Shown here: positions 31,602 through 41,894 of the stretch, one piece after another
Numbering within the stretch: the first letter of the stretch is position 1
Layout: the number at the start of each line of letters is the position of its first letter
NCBI GenBank assembly: GCA_963665115.1
Contig: OY762007.1
Location: 6,720,001-6,784,000 of the forward strand
Reading direction: 5' to 3'
Length of the DNA: 64,000 nucleotides
From: an uncultured Rivularia sp.
GTDB lineage: Bacteria > Cyanobacteriota > Cyanobacteriia > Cyanobacteriales > Nostocaceae
The notes under the pieces: generated by a model
Seen by the model: the letters and a program-made list of their open reading frames with translations, nothing else
What the model was told of the DNA's origin: nothing
The model's database searches: none
Translations under genes and position numbers: made by a program

Positions 31602-33100
31602 CCCCCTTCTTGCATTACCTGCCGCAGACGTTCCTCAGCTTCTCGGCATTGTACCAGAGCATCTTTAAAAGATGCGATGGCTTCGTCTAAAGGTGGAATA
31701 TCGGCTCCTATTGGCGGTAAAACATAACGAGAAATGTTGAGCGTCCATCCTTCTTTTTCAATTTCCTCCAGAGAAACCACACGCACGCGGTCTTGTACAT
31801 CTGTAAATTTCTGATACCAACTTAGAATTTCGGTAGCGTGTTTCGGTTCTAAGAAATTTTGGGCGCGTCCTTTACGAAACAGTGTTGAAGCATCAACAAT
31901 TAATACCTTACCTGCTCGTGCTTCAGCTTTACGCTGACGCAGTACCAATACACAAGCAGCCAAGCCAGTGCCGTAAAACAAGTTTGGTGCTAATCCAATA
32001 ACTGCTTCAATCACGTCCATTTCCAGCAGCGTGCGTCGAATTTGCCCTTCTACACCACCGCGAAATAATGCACCTTGGGGTAAGACAACAGCCATTCGTC
32101 CATGTGGCTTCGCCATTGACTTGACCATGTGTTGTACCCAAGCAAAATCACCACTACTATCTGTAGGCAGACCAGCAAAAGCACGCCCCCAGGGGTCAGT
32201 TTCCCAAACTTCCCGTCCCCATTTTTGTAAAGAGAATGGAGGATTCGCAATTACTACATCAAACTCAGCTAAACCACCCGTGTTGGGATTAGTAAAAACA
32301 GGAATACGCAAGGTATCGCCGCGTTCAATTGCAAAATCTTCAACTTCGTGTAGGAATAAATTCATCCGGGCAGTGGAAGCAGTGGTTAAATTCTTCTCTT
32401 GCCCGTATAACTTGCCAAAGAATGTCCGTGCGTCTCCCCCTTTATTACGTACATGGTCAACAGCAGCCAGTAACATTCCTCCAGTACCGCAAGCTGGATC
32501 GTAAACCGTTTCCCCCTCTTTAGGTTCTAATATATCCACCATTAGCTGTACCACGCTACGTGGTGTATAAAATTCCCCAGCTTTCTTTTTGGTTGTATCG
32601 GCGAATTTTTTAATTAGGTATTCATAAGCATCGCCCATGACATCGTTATGGACGCGCTTATTGCTGAGGTTAAGCGCAGAAAAATGTTCAATAAGGTCTT
32701 TGAGTAGTTCGTCAGATAGCTTTTCTTTGTTCGTCCACTGAGCATCACCGAATACACCGTATAAATGCTTTTGATTGGCTACTTCAACATTACGTAGGGA
32801 ATTTTGTAAAGCAGTACCCACATTACTGGATGCTTCTCGCACATCTTGCCAGTGACTATCTTCAGGAATTTGAAAGCGATGTTCGTCAGGAAAATCTTCT
32901 CCGTACTCTTCAATCATTTTCTGACGCTCTTCATCCCAAACATCACAAATCCGCTTGAAGAATAATAACGGCAGAATGTAACTTTTCCAATCAGTACGGT
33001 CAACAGGACTACCGCGTAATATGTTTGCTGCCTCCCATAAATGAGATTCCAGTTCTTGCAGCGTAATAGGGGCATCATCAAACAGCGATCGCTGAATCAT
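31589..33100 (-). CDS. hsdM: Type I RM methyltransferase subunit, NPPF type (predicted m6A)
   Basis: DPACGTGG motif I, VIANPPF motif IV, GEFYTPR. Confidence 0.9.
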   Translation of the reverse strand: MIQRSLFDDAPITLQELESHLWEAANILRGSPVDRTDWKSYILPLLFFKRICDVWDEERQKMIEEYGEDFPDEHRFQIPEDSHWQDVREASSNVGTALQNSLRNVEVANQKHLYGVFGDAQWTNKEKLSDELLKDLIEHFSALNLSNKRVHNDVMGDAYEYLIKKFADTTKKKAGEFYTPRSVVQLMVDILEPKEGETVYDPACGTGGMLLAAVDHVRNKGGDARTFFGKLYGQEKNLTTASTARMNLFLHEVEDFAIERGDTLRIPVFTNPNTGGLAEFDVVIANPPFSLQKWGREVWETDPWGRAFAGLPTDSSGDFAWVQHMVKSMAKPHGRMAVVLPQGALFRGGVEGQIRRTLLEMDVIEAVIGLAPNLFYGTGLAACVLVLRQRKAEARAGKVLIVDASTLFRKGRAQNFLEPKHATEILSWYQKFTDVQDRVRVVSLEEIEKEGWTLNISRYVLPPIGADIPPLDEAIASFKDALVQCREAEERLRQVMQEGGWLE

Positions 33101-33250
33101 CAGTTTCCGTACACAAATAAAAGAGCAGCTTTATATAGCGTGGACAATTATAGGACAAAAACCCGCTTTTGTGCTTAATTACGGCAAGGTTTAAGCATAT
33201 CTAATCATCTAGCGACTGTTATGTAATATGATGCTTCTATTTATTGCCAA

Positions 33251-33601
33251 ATGGCAATTGACCTGGCTATGGGTATTGCTCCAAAAATTCCTACTCAGAG
33301 ACACTGGGATGCGTTTAACGCATACCTAAAACCCCTAAACGATTTGATGGAACTCGAAGAGTTTCTTCGGCACTGGGAAGTGTCACGAGAAGAATTAGCT
33401 TTTATTTGCGACTGTTCCTTAACAACAGTCAATCATTGGTTTTCTCAAGGCATTGACAGGAGAGTACCAAGCCAAAAACACAAGCAGCGCCTAGCTTTGG
33501 TACACCATATTTGGACTGCAATTGATACAGAACCGGAGTATTTACAAAAGCTACGGGAAATGTATCGCCAAAAACCGCGCAAAAATCGTAACAATCCTTA
33601 A
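33251..33601 (+). CDS. Small HTH DNA-binding protein
   Basis: VSREELAFICDCSLTTVNHWFSQG resembles an Xre-like HTH; flanked by palindromes. Confidence 0.65.
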   Translation: MAIDLAMGIAPKIPTQRHWDAFNAYLKPLNDLMELEEFLRHWEVSREELAFICDCSLTTVNHWFSQGIDRRVPSQKHKQRLALVHHIWTAIDTEPEYLQKLREMYRQKPRKNRNNP

Positions 33602-33800
33602 TTGCCAAATGGCAAGTTTTTATTGCCATCGTGGCAATAAACAATTTATGGTCATTAATTGAGTAAGAATTTCTAGAAAAAGAACTTGTAACGAATTCTT
33701 TGGTTTTTCAATCATAGCCAAGGGCTTTATTTGCCTATCGTACAGATTATTTTCAGGCAGATATCTTAACACCCGCACTTGTGGTAATAACGGCAAACAA

Positions 33801-35567
33801 ATGGATTCCATCTCAACCTTTGACATTACTAAATACCCCTTATTCGATGTCATGAAAGACATCAAATTTGGACGCATTCAATTACCAGATTTTCAACGAG
33901 ATTGGGTATGGGACGATATTCATGTGCGGCGTTTGTTGGCAAGTATATCGCTGGCTTATCCCATTGGTGCAGTCATGATGCTGCAACAAGGCATCCAAAG
34001 TCAACAATTTAAACCTCGCTTGCTTGATGGTGTGGCAAATTCTGCTTCTCAATTGCCAAACTTACTTGTACTCGACGGACAGCAAAGACTGACAACTTTA
34101 TTCATGGTGCTATTGTCCTCCCAACCCGTTACTATTAAAGACCTTAAAAGTCATAAGTTAATCAAAAAATGGTACTACCTAGATATTGAAAAAAGCCTCG
34201 AACCAAATTGCGATCGCAAATCAGCAATAATCGCATTACCCGAATTAAAAATTATGCGAACTCGAAATAGCGATTTGATTGACTGTTCCACACCAGAAAA
34301 CGAATATGAAAACCTTTTATTCCCCTTATCAAAAGTATTCTCTTATTCCGAATGGCGCAGTAAATTTTCTAAATATTGGCAGTATCAACCACAAAAGCTC
34401 GAACTGCTTGACACTTTAGAATTAGAAGTCCTTAAAAAGTTTGAGCATTATCAAATACCAGTAATTAAACTGCGAGATTCTTTACCCAAAGAAGCAGTAT
34501 GTCAGGTTTTTGAAGACACTAACACTGCTGGGTGCGACTTGAATTTCTTCGATTTAATGAGTTCGAGTTATTGCGTAGGCGACTTCAGCCTTCGAGATGA
34601 TTGGAAAAGCCGCGAAAGCCGCTTCCAATCCTTCAAGGTGTTACGAAAAGTTCGTAACACTGATTTTGTCCAAGCAGTTACGTTGGTAGCTGGTTATACT
34701 CGCAGAATTGAAGCAATCAAGCAAGGCTGGAACTTAGATAAATTACCTGGTGTATCCTGCGGTCGTTCTGAAGTATTAAAGCTGACCAAAGAAGAATACA
34801 TATTATGGGCAGATCCGGTTCATCGGGGTTTTGAAGAAGCCGCTCGTTTTCTACACAGTCAAAAAATCTTTGATGCTAAGGATATCGCTTATCCCATTCA
34901 GTTAGTTGCTTTGAGTGCAATTTTAACAATTCTTGGAGAAGGTTCCCGTTCTTATCAAGTACGCAGTAAGCTTGAACGCTGGCTATGGTGTGGAATGTTT
35001 GGCGAAATTTATACCCGGTGGCACGATGCACAAGCTGGAAGAGATGTAGTTGAAGTTCCAGGATGGGTTTCGGGTGGTGCGGTACCTTTTTGCATTACCC
35101 AAGCAGATTTCTCTTTACAAAGATTGATTAGCGTTAGAAAACGACTTGGTGCAGTATATCAAGGTTTTTCAGCATTACTACGTCGAGAAGGTGCAGTTGA
35201 TTGGATTACAGGCGAAGAAATCAACGATGTTGTTTATTTTGACGAACAAATTGACTCGCATCATATCTTCCCTATCGCTTGGTGTCGCAAACAAGGCATT
35301 GACCCCAAAATTTATAACTGCCTTGTTAATCGTACTCCCCTAAGCGCTAAGACTAACAAAAAAATCGGTAGCAAGGCTCCTTCGCTCTATTTGAAAGAAT
35401 TTGAAAAACAAGGAATAGCAGCAGGAAGACTGGAAGAAATATTGCGATCGCACTGTATCGAATTTAATGTTTTACAATGCGATAATTTTGAAGCATTTTC
35501 CCAAGCTAGAGCAGAAGCCCTTATGAAGCTTATAGGTAAGGCTATGGGTAAAAACTTGACTTTTTAG
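33801..35567 (+). CDS. gmrSD: GmrSD-type (DUF262 + DUF1524/HNH) type IV restriction protein
   Basis: FQRDWVW, LDGQQRLTT, FEDTN (DUF262); IDSHHIFP...NRTPL...N (HNH-like DUF1524). Confidence 0.82.
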   Translation: MDSISTFDITKYPLFDVMKDIKFGRIQLPDFQRDWVWDDIHVRRLLASISLAYPIGAVMMLQQGIQSQQFKPRLLDGVANSASQLPNLLVLDGQQRLTTLFMVLLSSQPVTIKDLKSHKLIKKWYYLDIEKSLEPNCDRKSAIIALPELKIMRTRNSDLIDCSTPENEYENLLFPLSKVFSYSEWRSKFSKYWQYQPQKLELLDTLELEVLKKFEHYQIPVIKLRDSLPKEAVCQVFEDTNTAGCDLNFFDLMSSSYCVGDFSLRDDWKSRESRFQSFKVLRKVRNTDFVQAVTLVAGYTRRIEAIKQGWNLDKLPGVSCGRSEVLKLTKEEYILWADPVHRGFEEAARFLHSQKIFDAKDIAYPIQLVALSAILTILGEGSRSYQVRSKLERWLWCGMFGEIYTRWHDAQAGRDVVEVPGWVSGGAVPFCITQADFSLQRLISVRKRLGAVYQGFSALLRREGAVDWITGEEINDVVYFDEQIDSHHIFPIAWCRKQGIDPKIYNCLVNRTPLSAKTNKKIGSKAPSLYLKEFEKQGIAAGRLEEILRSHCIEFNVLQCDNFEAFSQARAEALMKLIGKAMGKNLTF

Positions 35568-35743
35568 TCTAAGTTAAGACACTGAGATTGTTCTCATCAA
35601 TAAATAAAATAAATTTATCTTTTAGTTTACAGCCATGTCTCTAAGCCAAAAGAATAAGCTAAATAGCTTACGTAAACGTCACTTTATCAAAAATACCCTT
35701 CTTAACTGAATAAGTTGTTACGCATTTAGTTTGTATAAGACTA

Positions 35744-35765
35744 GCGAGCAAGATGCTCGCACTAC
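35744..35765 (-). repeat. GTAG-type REP-like palindrome
   Basis: Minus strand reads GTAG-T-GCGAGCA-TCT-TGCTCGC. Confidence 0.55.
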
Positions 35766-35915
35766 AATATTTTCAGGTTTTAGCATTACGCAATTTAGCT
35801 GCATATCAGCTTACAACACGGATAAGAGGGGCAGTAGAAAGAGATACTTATTAGTTGAGTCTGTGATTCTAAAAATTCCCAGCCATTTTCTACTGTCACA
35901 ATATTAGTACACGGC

Positions 35916-36094
35916 TTGAGCAACGCCTAACGGCATAAAGCCAAGACTCACGGTAAATCCACATTCGAGCTTGTAGCTAATCAGGTGAGCAACGCCTAAC
36001 GGCATAAAGCCAAGACTCACTCATGATTTTTGAATCCCAATTTTAAATTCAATATCTGGTGAGCAACGCCTAACGGCATAAAGCCAAGACTCAC
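35916..36094 (-). CRISPR. Minimal CRISPR array: 3 x 36-bp repeats, 2 spacers (33 and 38 nt)
   Basis: Repeats at 35916-35951, 35985-36020 and 36059-36094. Minus-strand repeat GTGAGTCTTGGCTTTATGCCGTTAGGCGTTGCTCAC with hairpin ATGCC-GTTA-GGCGT. The distal copy has a variant last base; the array follows cas5. Confidence 0.93.
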
Positions 36095-36340
36095 AGCAAA
36101 GGCTGAAACCCTTGAGTGATGAAGGCTCACTCACAATTTTACAAGTACCCCTCAACCGGAGATCCCAAAAAGACAAAACTTATTAATTTTTTGTATTTCT
36201 TCAACCTCTAAAACTCAATCCCCTTAACTCTTTTAAGGATTTGCAAGTACCTTTTCCAGTTATAAATCGCTATATCCCTTAACGTGTAAACTTTCCCGCC
36301 ATTCTTTTACTTCAATCCTCTTCCCCAGCAAAGGTGCTTG
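36095..36340 (-). promoter_or_regulatory. CRISPR leader
   Basis: AT-rich non-coding stretch between the cas5 stop and the first repeat. Confidence 0.6.
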
Positions 36341-36980
36341 TCAAATCGGAGATTGAATCATTGTCCACGCCAAATCAGGAGGTGACAATCTATCCATTTC
36401 CTCAATTCGATACCTTAAAAATCGGGTATTTCTTGACCCCACATGATCAACCCAATAGGGTAAGGTTAACCAACCTCGATTATCCATAATTACCCAATGT
36501 CTCACCTCCCCTAGATAATCTTCGGAGACAAGTTTGATTGATTTAATCAACTGATCACTTTCTCCCAAAAACAAACAACCGAACCGTCTTACTAGCTCAG
36601 GATGCTCAAAAGCCAACTGTATCCGCTCCCTCAAACTTGGTTGTATCTTCTCTCCTTCGGAAACGAACCCAAATCAAACACTGCAAATTAGATAAAATTT
36701 CTTGATAACCGGGAATCACATTCTCCGGGTGGCTAAAATCAGCATTCTTAAACCGCCTCATTTGACGCAAAATTCGCGACTTTTTGGGACTTGATAACAT
36801 TGCGATCGCCAATTCCACCCCACAGTGGCGATAGACATCCGTTTCTCCTACCAAAGACAACAACATCCCATATACTGTTGCTGGAGGAGGAACAGAATAG
36901 GTTTTTCCCATTTCTCTTGCATGGGACTCCCGAAAAGTCGCAAATGGAACATCCAAATAAAGAATTGATGGTGCAACCAT
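36341..36980 (-). CDS. cas5: Cas5, type I-B (apparent +1 frameshift at 36661-36663)
   Basis: LYLDVPFATFR...TYSVPPPATVYGML Cas5 signature. Removing one base gives WVRSEGEKIQPSLRERIQLAFEHP...LFLGESD. Confidence 0.88.
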
Positions 36981-36985
36981 TTTGA

Positions 36986-37945
36986 TTATTCTAAGCCCAA
37001 ATCTCTTTTTATGACCGTTTTCAAAGCTTCAATCAGTTCATTTCTATTACGATTAATATTCACCTCATTAAAAGGGGAATTATCAAAATTATCTAATTGC
37101 TGTAACTCCTTAACAATTGTTCCCCCAATCCACAATTGCTTAGGGTCAATTTGTCCGCATTCCACTTCATCTATAAACTCTTTTGTCAGTTTTGCTTCCT
37201 TACTTTTAGGATCGCAATATTCAAAGCAATAAGAAACATATGAAGCAAAATTATTTGTCCATTGAAATACTAAACTATCGGGAAAGAAAGGATAATTAAA
37301 AGCATTACTACTACCTCCTACTTTGGGCAGATTCATAATCCCATCTATCAGAGGTAAAATCCGCGAAAAGTCTTTGAGATGAGTAGCATTAATTCCAAAA
37401 TAGTATTGATATCTAGTTGCATGATATTCGGTGAAATGAAGTGATGTACTATCCTTTTCTCTGCCACTTTTTGCCCCTAACTTGACTGCACCGTCATAGG
37501 GAGTGAGCGAAACAGCCATATTCATCCCTAAAGCACCCAATCGTTGATTAGGAGTGCTGACTTTTGTTTTTTTCTTTTTCCTCTTGGTTGTTGAAGTCTC
37601 CTCCTCTGTTTCCGCAGACTCTAGTAAAGCAAACCCAAAAATATCATCATCATAAAACTGTTCTGGATCGAAATCTTCACTTGTTAACCGATTAATATGT
37701 TCATCTTCGTCCCAAACTCTATTAACTAAATAACCTTGCTTTTGCAGATAAAAACGTAACGCCCAACGAATTGCACTTGAACCTACAAAAGAATGAATCC
37801 TACCATTCCAATAGCCTTTTTGTAGAATAGTCTTATTGCCTCGTCTAATGTCATGATTTAAGGAAGCTAACCCATAACCAGTGAGGACTGTTCCGTAAAG
37901 GTAATAATTGGGTATATTGTTATCATTCTTCTTCTGACTCATCAT
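36986..37945 (-). CDS. cas7: Cas7 (DevR/Cst2-like), type I-B
   Basis: VGSSAIRWALR, FYDDDIFGF, MAVSLTPY, PKVGG; lies between cas8 and cas5. Confidence 0.9.
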   Translation of the reverse strand: MMSQKKNDNNIPNYYLYGTVLTGYGLASLNHDIRRGNKTILQKGYWNGRIHSFVGSSAIRWALRFYLQKQGYLVNRVWDEDEHINRLTSEDFDPEQFYDDDIFGFALLESAETEEETSTTKRKKKKTKVSTPNQRLGALGMNMAVSLTPYDGAVKLGAKSGREKDSTSLHFTEYHATRYQYYFGINATHLKDFSRILPLIDGIMNLPKVGGSSNAFNYPFFPDSLVFQWTNNFASYVSYCFEYCDPKSKEAKLTKEFIDEVECGQIDPKQLWIGGTIVKELQQLDNFDNSPFNEVNINRNRNELIEALKTVIKRDLGLE

Positions 37946-38339
37946 TCATTTCTTCTAGTTGTTGATTGTTTGTTAATGAATTATCATCACTATTGGTAGG
38001 TTTATCCTTGGGCTTATAACTGGCGATCGCTAACAATGCCCAAATTCTTAATTCTTGCCAAGATGATTTTTTAATTAATAGTGCAATCTCTTGCTGATGC
38101 TGAATAAAATATTTATTTAATCCCCCTCTTACTAAAAAGTCAGACAAATATTCCTTAAACGATAATTCATCATAACAATAGTTTAGCTCTGCCCTTAATC
38201 GCTCAACTTTCTTCTTAATTGGAGGATTTTTCCCTTCCTCAGTTTTGGCATAAATTTTAGCAAAGTTGCCCTTCATGGCTTGCTGAAATACCTTAATAAA
38301 AATCAGATACTGCTTGTCTTCTTCACTATTATCTGCCAT
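37923..38339 (-). CDS. cas11: Putative Cas11 small subunit translated from an internal start in cas8 (138 aa)
   Basis: In-frame ATG (MADNSEEDKQY...) preceded by AGAAGGA about 9 nt upstream; internal Cas11 starts are established in I-B/I-C/I-D large-subunit genes. Confidence 0.6.
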   Translation of the reverse strand: MADNSEEDKQYLIFIKVFQQAMKGNFAKIYAKTEEGKNPPIKKKVERLRAELNYCYDELSFKEYLSDFLVRGGLNKYFIQHQQEIALLIKKSSWQELRIWALLAIASYKPKDKPTNSDDNSLTNNQQLEEMNDESEEE

Positions 38340-39500
38340 TATTACGAGTCCTTCTCTATTGAAAAATAACTGGTTAAATAAATATTCTTCTGAATCCTCT
38401 ATCACCAATTTTTCCCAAAAATTAGACCACCAATGGTTTCCTTTCACTAAATTATCAGCAATCAAGGAGCGAATCGGATTTACTTTAACAAAAATTTTCT
38501 TAAATTTAATTTTCTGATAATTGGTTTTAAAGTACTTTTGAACCTGTTGATAAGTAGTTAAAGTATTCTTGTCAAATTTAATTTCTTCTATTCCCATCAA
38601 TGTTCTTTGACGAGAAGCTTGATTAATTTTTTCATATAACCAAACTTGACAAGCTTGATAGTAGCCGCCCTCAGTGTGAATATCGTCTAAACTGTAATAA
38701 ATTAATCCTGCTTCACCAAGTTTACTAACATGAAACTGTTTAGTTTCTAATTGCTGTAATCGCCATCTTCTTTGAGAAGCATCTTCAAAATCTTTGATTT
38801 CTGGAATTACTACCAGGTAGCGATGGGGTTTCTTTTCCTTCAAATCCTCTGATGGAATATGAAATAAGCAATAATGACAAATAACTGGTACAAATAATAA
38901 TGCGAAAGCGTATTCAGGTTTTTCTTCCAGTTTTGCAATATTCCGCGTCTTAGCGTGACGAACAATTCCCCCTAAATACAACCAACTGGTTATTCTCACA
39001 TAATCGCGTCTCAGTTGTTGGGTATCTGTATCGCATAACTTCTCTGCAAAGGTCTGATGTGCATACCAAGTTAGGGGTTTGTATTAATACTCGAATTTTT
39101 GTTCTTCAACCGTTAATTCAGTATCAACTAGTTCTCCCGCTTTATAAAACCGATTATGACGTAGAAAAACAGCACACATTCCCTCATGAATATGAATTTT
39201 ATGGCTTAAATCTATTGCATCATTTTCTAGCCCTGCCAAACAAATTAAACCTGTATCATCTAGTTTAAAAGACTCGTTAATTAACCAAGATAGGGCAACT
39301 AAATCACTTCCTTCCCAGGATAATTCAATAGTGTCAGCAGTCAAATCCCATGATATATATCCTCCCCTTTGACGAGATGAGGGATATTGCTGTTCTAACC
39401 GCTTTAAAGTCATGTAAAGTCCCGTCATTCCAGCGCGGTGAATGATTGTCGTATCCGCAGCATCGAGAGATAGGGAAATTTTGGGTTGGGTAGCAATCAT
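37923..39500 (-). pseudogene. cas8: Cas8 (type I-B, Cmx8/Myxan-like) with an in-frame nonsense codon at 39084-39086
   Basis: IHRAGMTGL N-terminus. The frame continues past TAA (KFEY*YKPLTWYAHQTFAEKLC...) into the 358-aa ORF, giving ~525 aa in total. Confidence 0.85.
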
Positions 39501-39977
39501 GTAATGGTTTCCTTTTCTTCCTTATTGCGAGTCGCTGGGACAAATATTCCACACATCATCTTTCGTTTCCCCCCAATACCTTGTTCTTGCAAGGTTAAGG
39601 AATCTTCAGGGTTGAGTTCGTTCACTTTTACGCCAAATCCTCTAATTTTAAACTGTTTCCCTTCTTTACTGATGGTTAATTGTCTTCTTTGAGGTGTTCC
39701 ATCTTGTCGGGTAAGAAGTTCGATTTTTCCTTGTATTTCTAAATTATCCAGTTGCCGTTGCACGGCTTCAATAAAATTACTAGGGTCTTGAAACCCTTTG
39801 ATTACTACTAACCTGGAATAAACGCTTTCTGAGGAAATTAAAGGTTTGTAGTCGGGAATATCTAGTTGATAAGAATTTTTACCTATGTGAAAAGCTTGAC
39901 CTGCTAAATAGGGATATAATAAGTATCCGCTCAAAAAAATGGGGTAAAGGTACACCTTGCGTCGTAGAATATGAAGC

Positions 39978-41666
39978 ATGACGCAAAAACGATCATCTAA
40001 AAAATTAGTCACAGCATTATTGCAATCAATCGACCCAAAACAGATTGCAGACGAGGACGTGCGTCAAACGGTAGAAGTATTACTCAACTTAATAGAACAG
40101 CTAAATGTAAAAATCAAAGAATTAGAAGAAGAAAATCAAAAACTACGTGATGAAAACAACCGCTTAAAAGGTGAACAAGGTAAACCAGACATCAAAGCGA
40201 ATAAAAACAAAGGGTTTAAGAAAAACTATTCATCAGAAAAAGAACGAAAAATAGCAAAAGAACACAGTAAAGCAAGTAAAAACGAGTCTATCAAGATAAA
40301 CCGAGAAGAGATTGTAGTTTACCCACAAGAACAATTACCAGCAGACGCACAGTTCAAGGGTTATGAGGAAGTAGTAGTCCAAGACATTTTACTTAAGCCA
40401 GATAACATACTGTTCCGCAAGCAAAAATACTACTCACCAGAAACAGGAAAAACTTATTTAGCGGAACTACCAACAGGTTACGAAGGTGAATTTGGTCCAG
40501 GAGTAAAAGCTTTGGTCATGAGTCTATATTATGGTGGAAACATGACCCAAGGGAAGTTATTAGAATTTTTAGAAGATATTGGTATCTCGATTAGTGCAGG
40601 AACAATATCAAATTTATTAATTAAAAACCAAGAATATTTTGAAGCTGAATACGAAGAAGTATACAAGGAAGGGTTAGCCAGCAGTCCTTGGCAACACTTT
40701 GACCAAACAGGTGCGCGTGTTGCAGGAGTGAACCATACAACAAATGTGATTTGTAACCCCTTGTACACAATTTACCAAACAACGCGATACAAAGACCGTT
40801 TGACTGTATTAAAAGTATTTCAAAACACAACCGAACTCTCCTTTGTTCTCAACGAGATGACCTATGAACTTTTGGAGACTTTTAAAGTTCCAATTAAGTG
40901 GGTTAATAAACTAAAATTACTATCTCAACAGAAGGCTTTTACCGAAACTGAGTTTAATTTTTTGATTGGTGAGTACTTAAGTAGACTTGGTTCTCAACAC
41001 CGTTCTCGCATATATGAATCGGCAGCAATTGCTTTTTATCATCAGCAATCAACTGTACCAGTAATTACAACTCTAGTATGCGATGATGCTCCGCAGTTCA
41101 AGTTAATAACATCGGATTTGGCTCTTTGTTGGGTGCATGAAGGACGACATTATAAGAAATTAAGTCCGCTTATACCTTGCCATCAAAAACTTTTAGATAA
41201 TTTTCTAGAAAGATTCTGGGAATATTACAGAAAATTATTATCTTATCGAGATTCTCCAAGTTGGGATAAAGCTCACGAACTAGAAATGGAATTTTGGACA
41301 CTTTTTACAGAAAAAAGTGGTTATCAACAGTTAGATGAGCGAAAACGATTAACTACTTTGAAAGTAAACGAGTTGCTTCTCGTGTTGGAGCATCCAGAAT
41401 TACTATTGCATAACAACCCTGCCGAATTAGCTGCTAGGACTATGGTACAACGACGTAACATCAGTTACGCAACCCAGACAAAACAAGGCACAAAAGCGTG
41501 GGATGTTTTTATGTCCCTTGTTGACACTACTCGTAAGTTGGGTATCAGTTTTTATGAGTATATGCGTGACCGCATTTCTCAAGTTGAAAATATTCCATCT
41601 TTGGGGACAATTATTCGGAAGAAATCTTCTTCTAATTCCTATGGTTGGTCATGGATGCCTCAATAA
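39978..41666 (+). CDS. IS66-family DDE transposase
   Basis: Same 562-aa translation as copy 1. Confidence 0.88.
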   Translation: MTQKRSSKKLVTALLQSIDPKQIADEDVRQTVEVLLNLIEQLNVKIKELEEENQKLRDENNRLKGEQGKPDIKANKNKGFKKNYSSEKERKIAKEHSKASKNESIKINREEIVVYPQEQLPADAQFKGYEEVVVQDILLKPDNILFRKQKYYSPETGKTYLAELPTGYEGEFGPGVKALVMSLYYGGNMTQGKLLEFLEDIGISISAGTISNLLIKNQEYFEAEYEEVYKEGLASSPWQHFDQTGARVAGVNHTTNVICNPLYTIYQTTRYKDRLTVLKVFQNTTELSFVLNEMTYELLETFKVPIKWVNKLKLLSQQKAFTETEFNFLIGEYLSRLGSQHRSRIYESAAIAFYHQQSTVPVITTLVCDDAPQFKLITSDLALCWVHEGRHYKKLSPLIPCHQKLLDNFLERFWEYYRKLLSYRDSPSWDKAHELEMEFWTLFTEKSGYQQLDERKRLTTLKVNELLLVLEHPELLLHNNPAELAARTMVQRRNISYATQTKQGTKAWDVFMSLVDTTRKLGISFYEYMRDRISQVENIPSLGTIIRKKSSSNSYGWSWMPQ

Positions 41667-41894
41667 CACCCCTGTATATTAAGACTGTGCTAAACCCTCA
41701 TATCCTTGGTTGTAGAATACTGTAAAGTGCATGGATTAACCACATCTATTTCTTCATAGTTTTTATAAGCGATTGAAACTTTTTTAGTTACTTTGATAGC
41801 ATATTTACAATTTACCTTATTTGCAACTTCCGCTATTAATCAATTTCTTGATTTTGATTATTTTTATTTATTTGTTGCTCTCACGAGAGATCCA

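Noticed and set aside
35821..35915. Delocalised tRNA-homing spacer beyond the array, as in V-K CASTs
   Set aside because: No further repeat copy or tRNA-Ala-matching sequence was visible.
39923..40012. N-terminus of the 171-aa ORF 39497-40012 as a real cas6 start
   Set aside because: These codons come from the IS end; the true cas6 5' half lies at 42089-42372.
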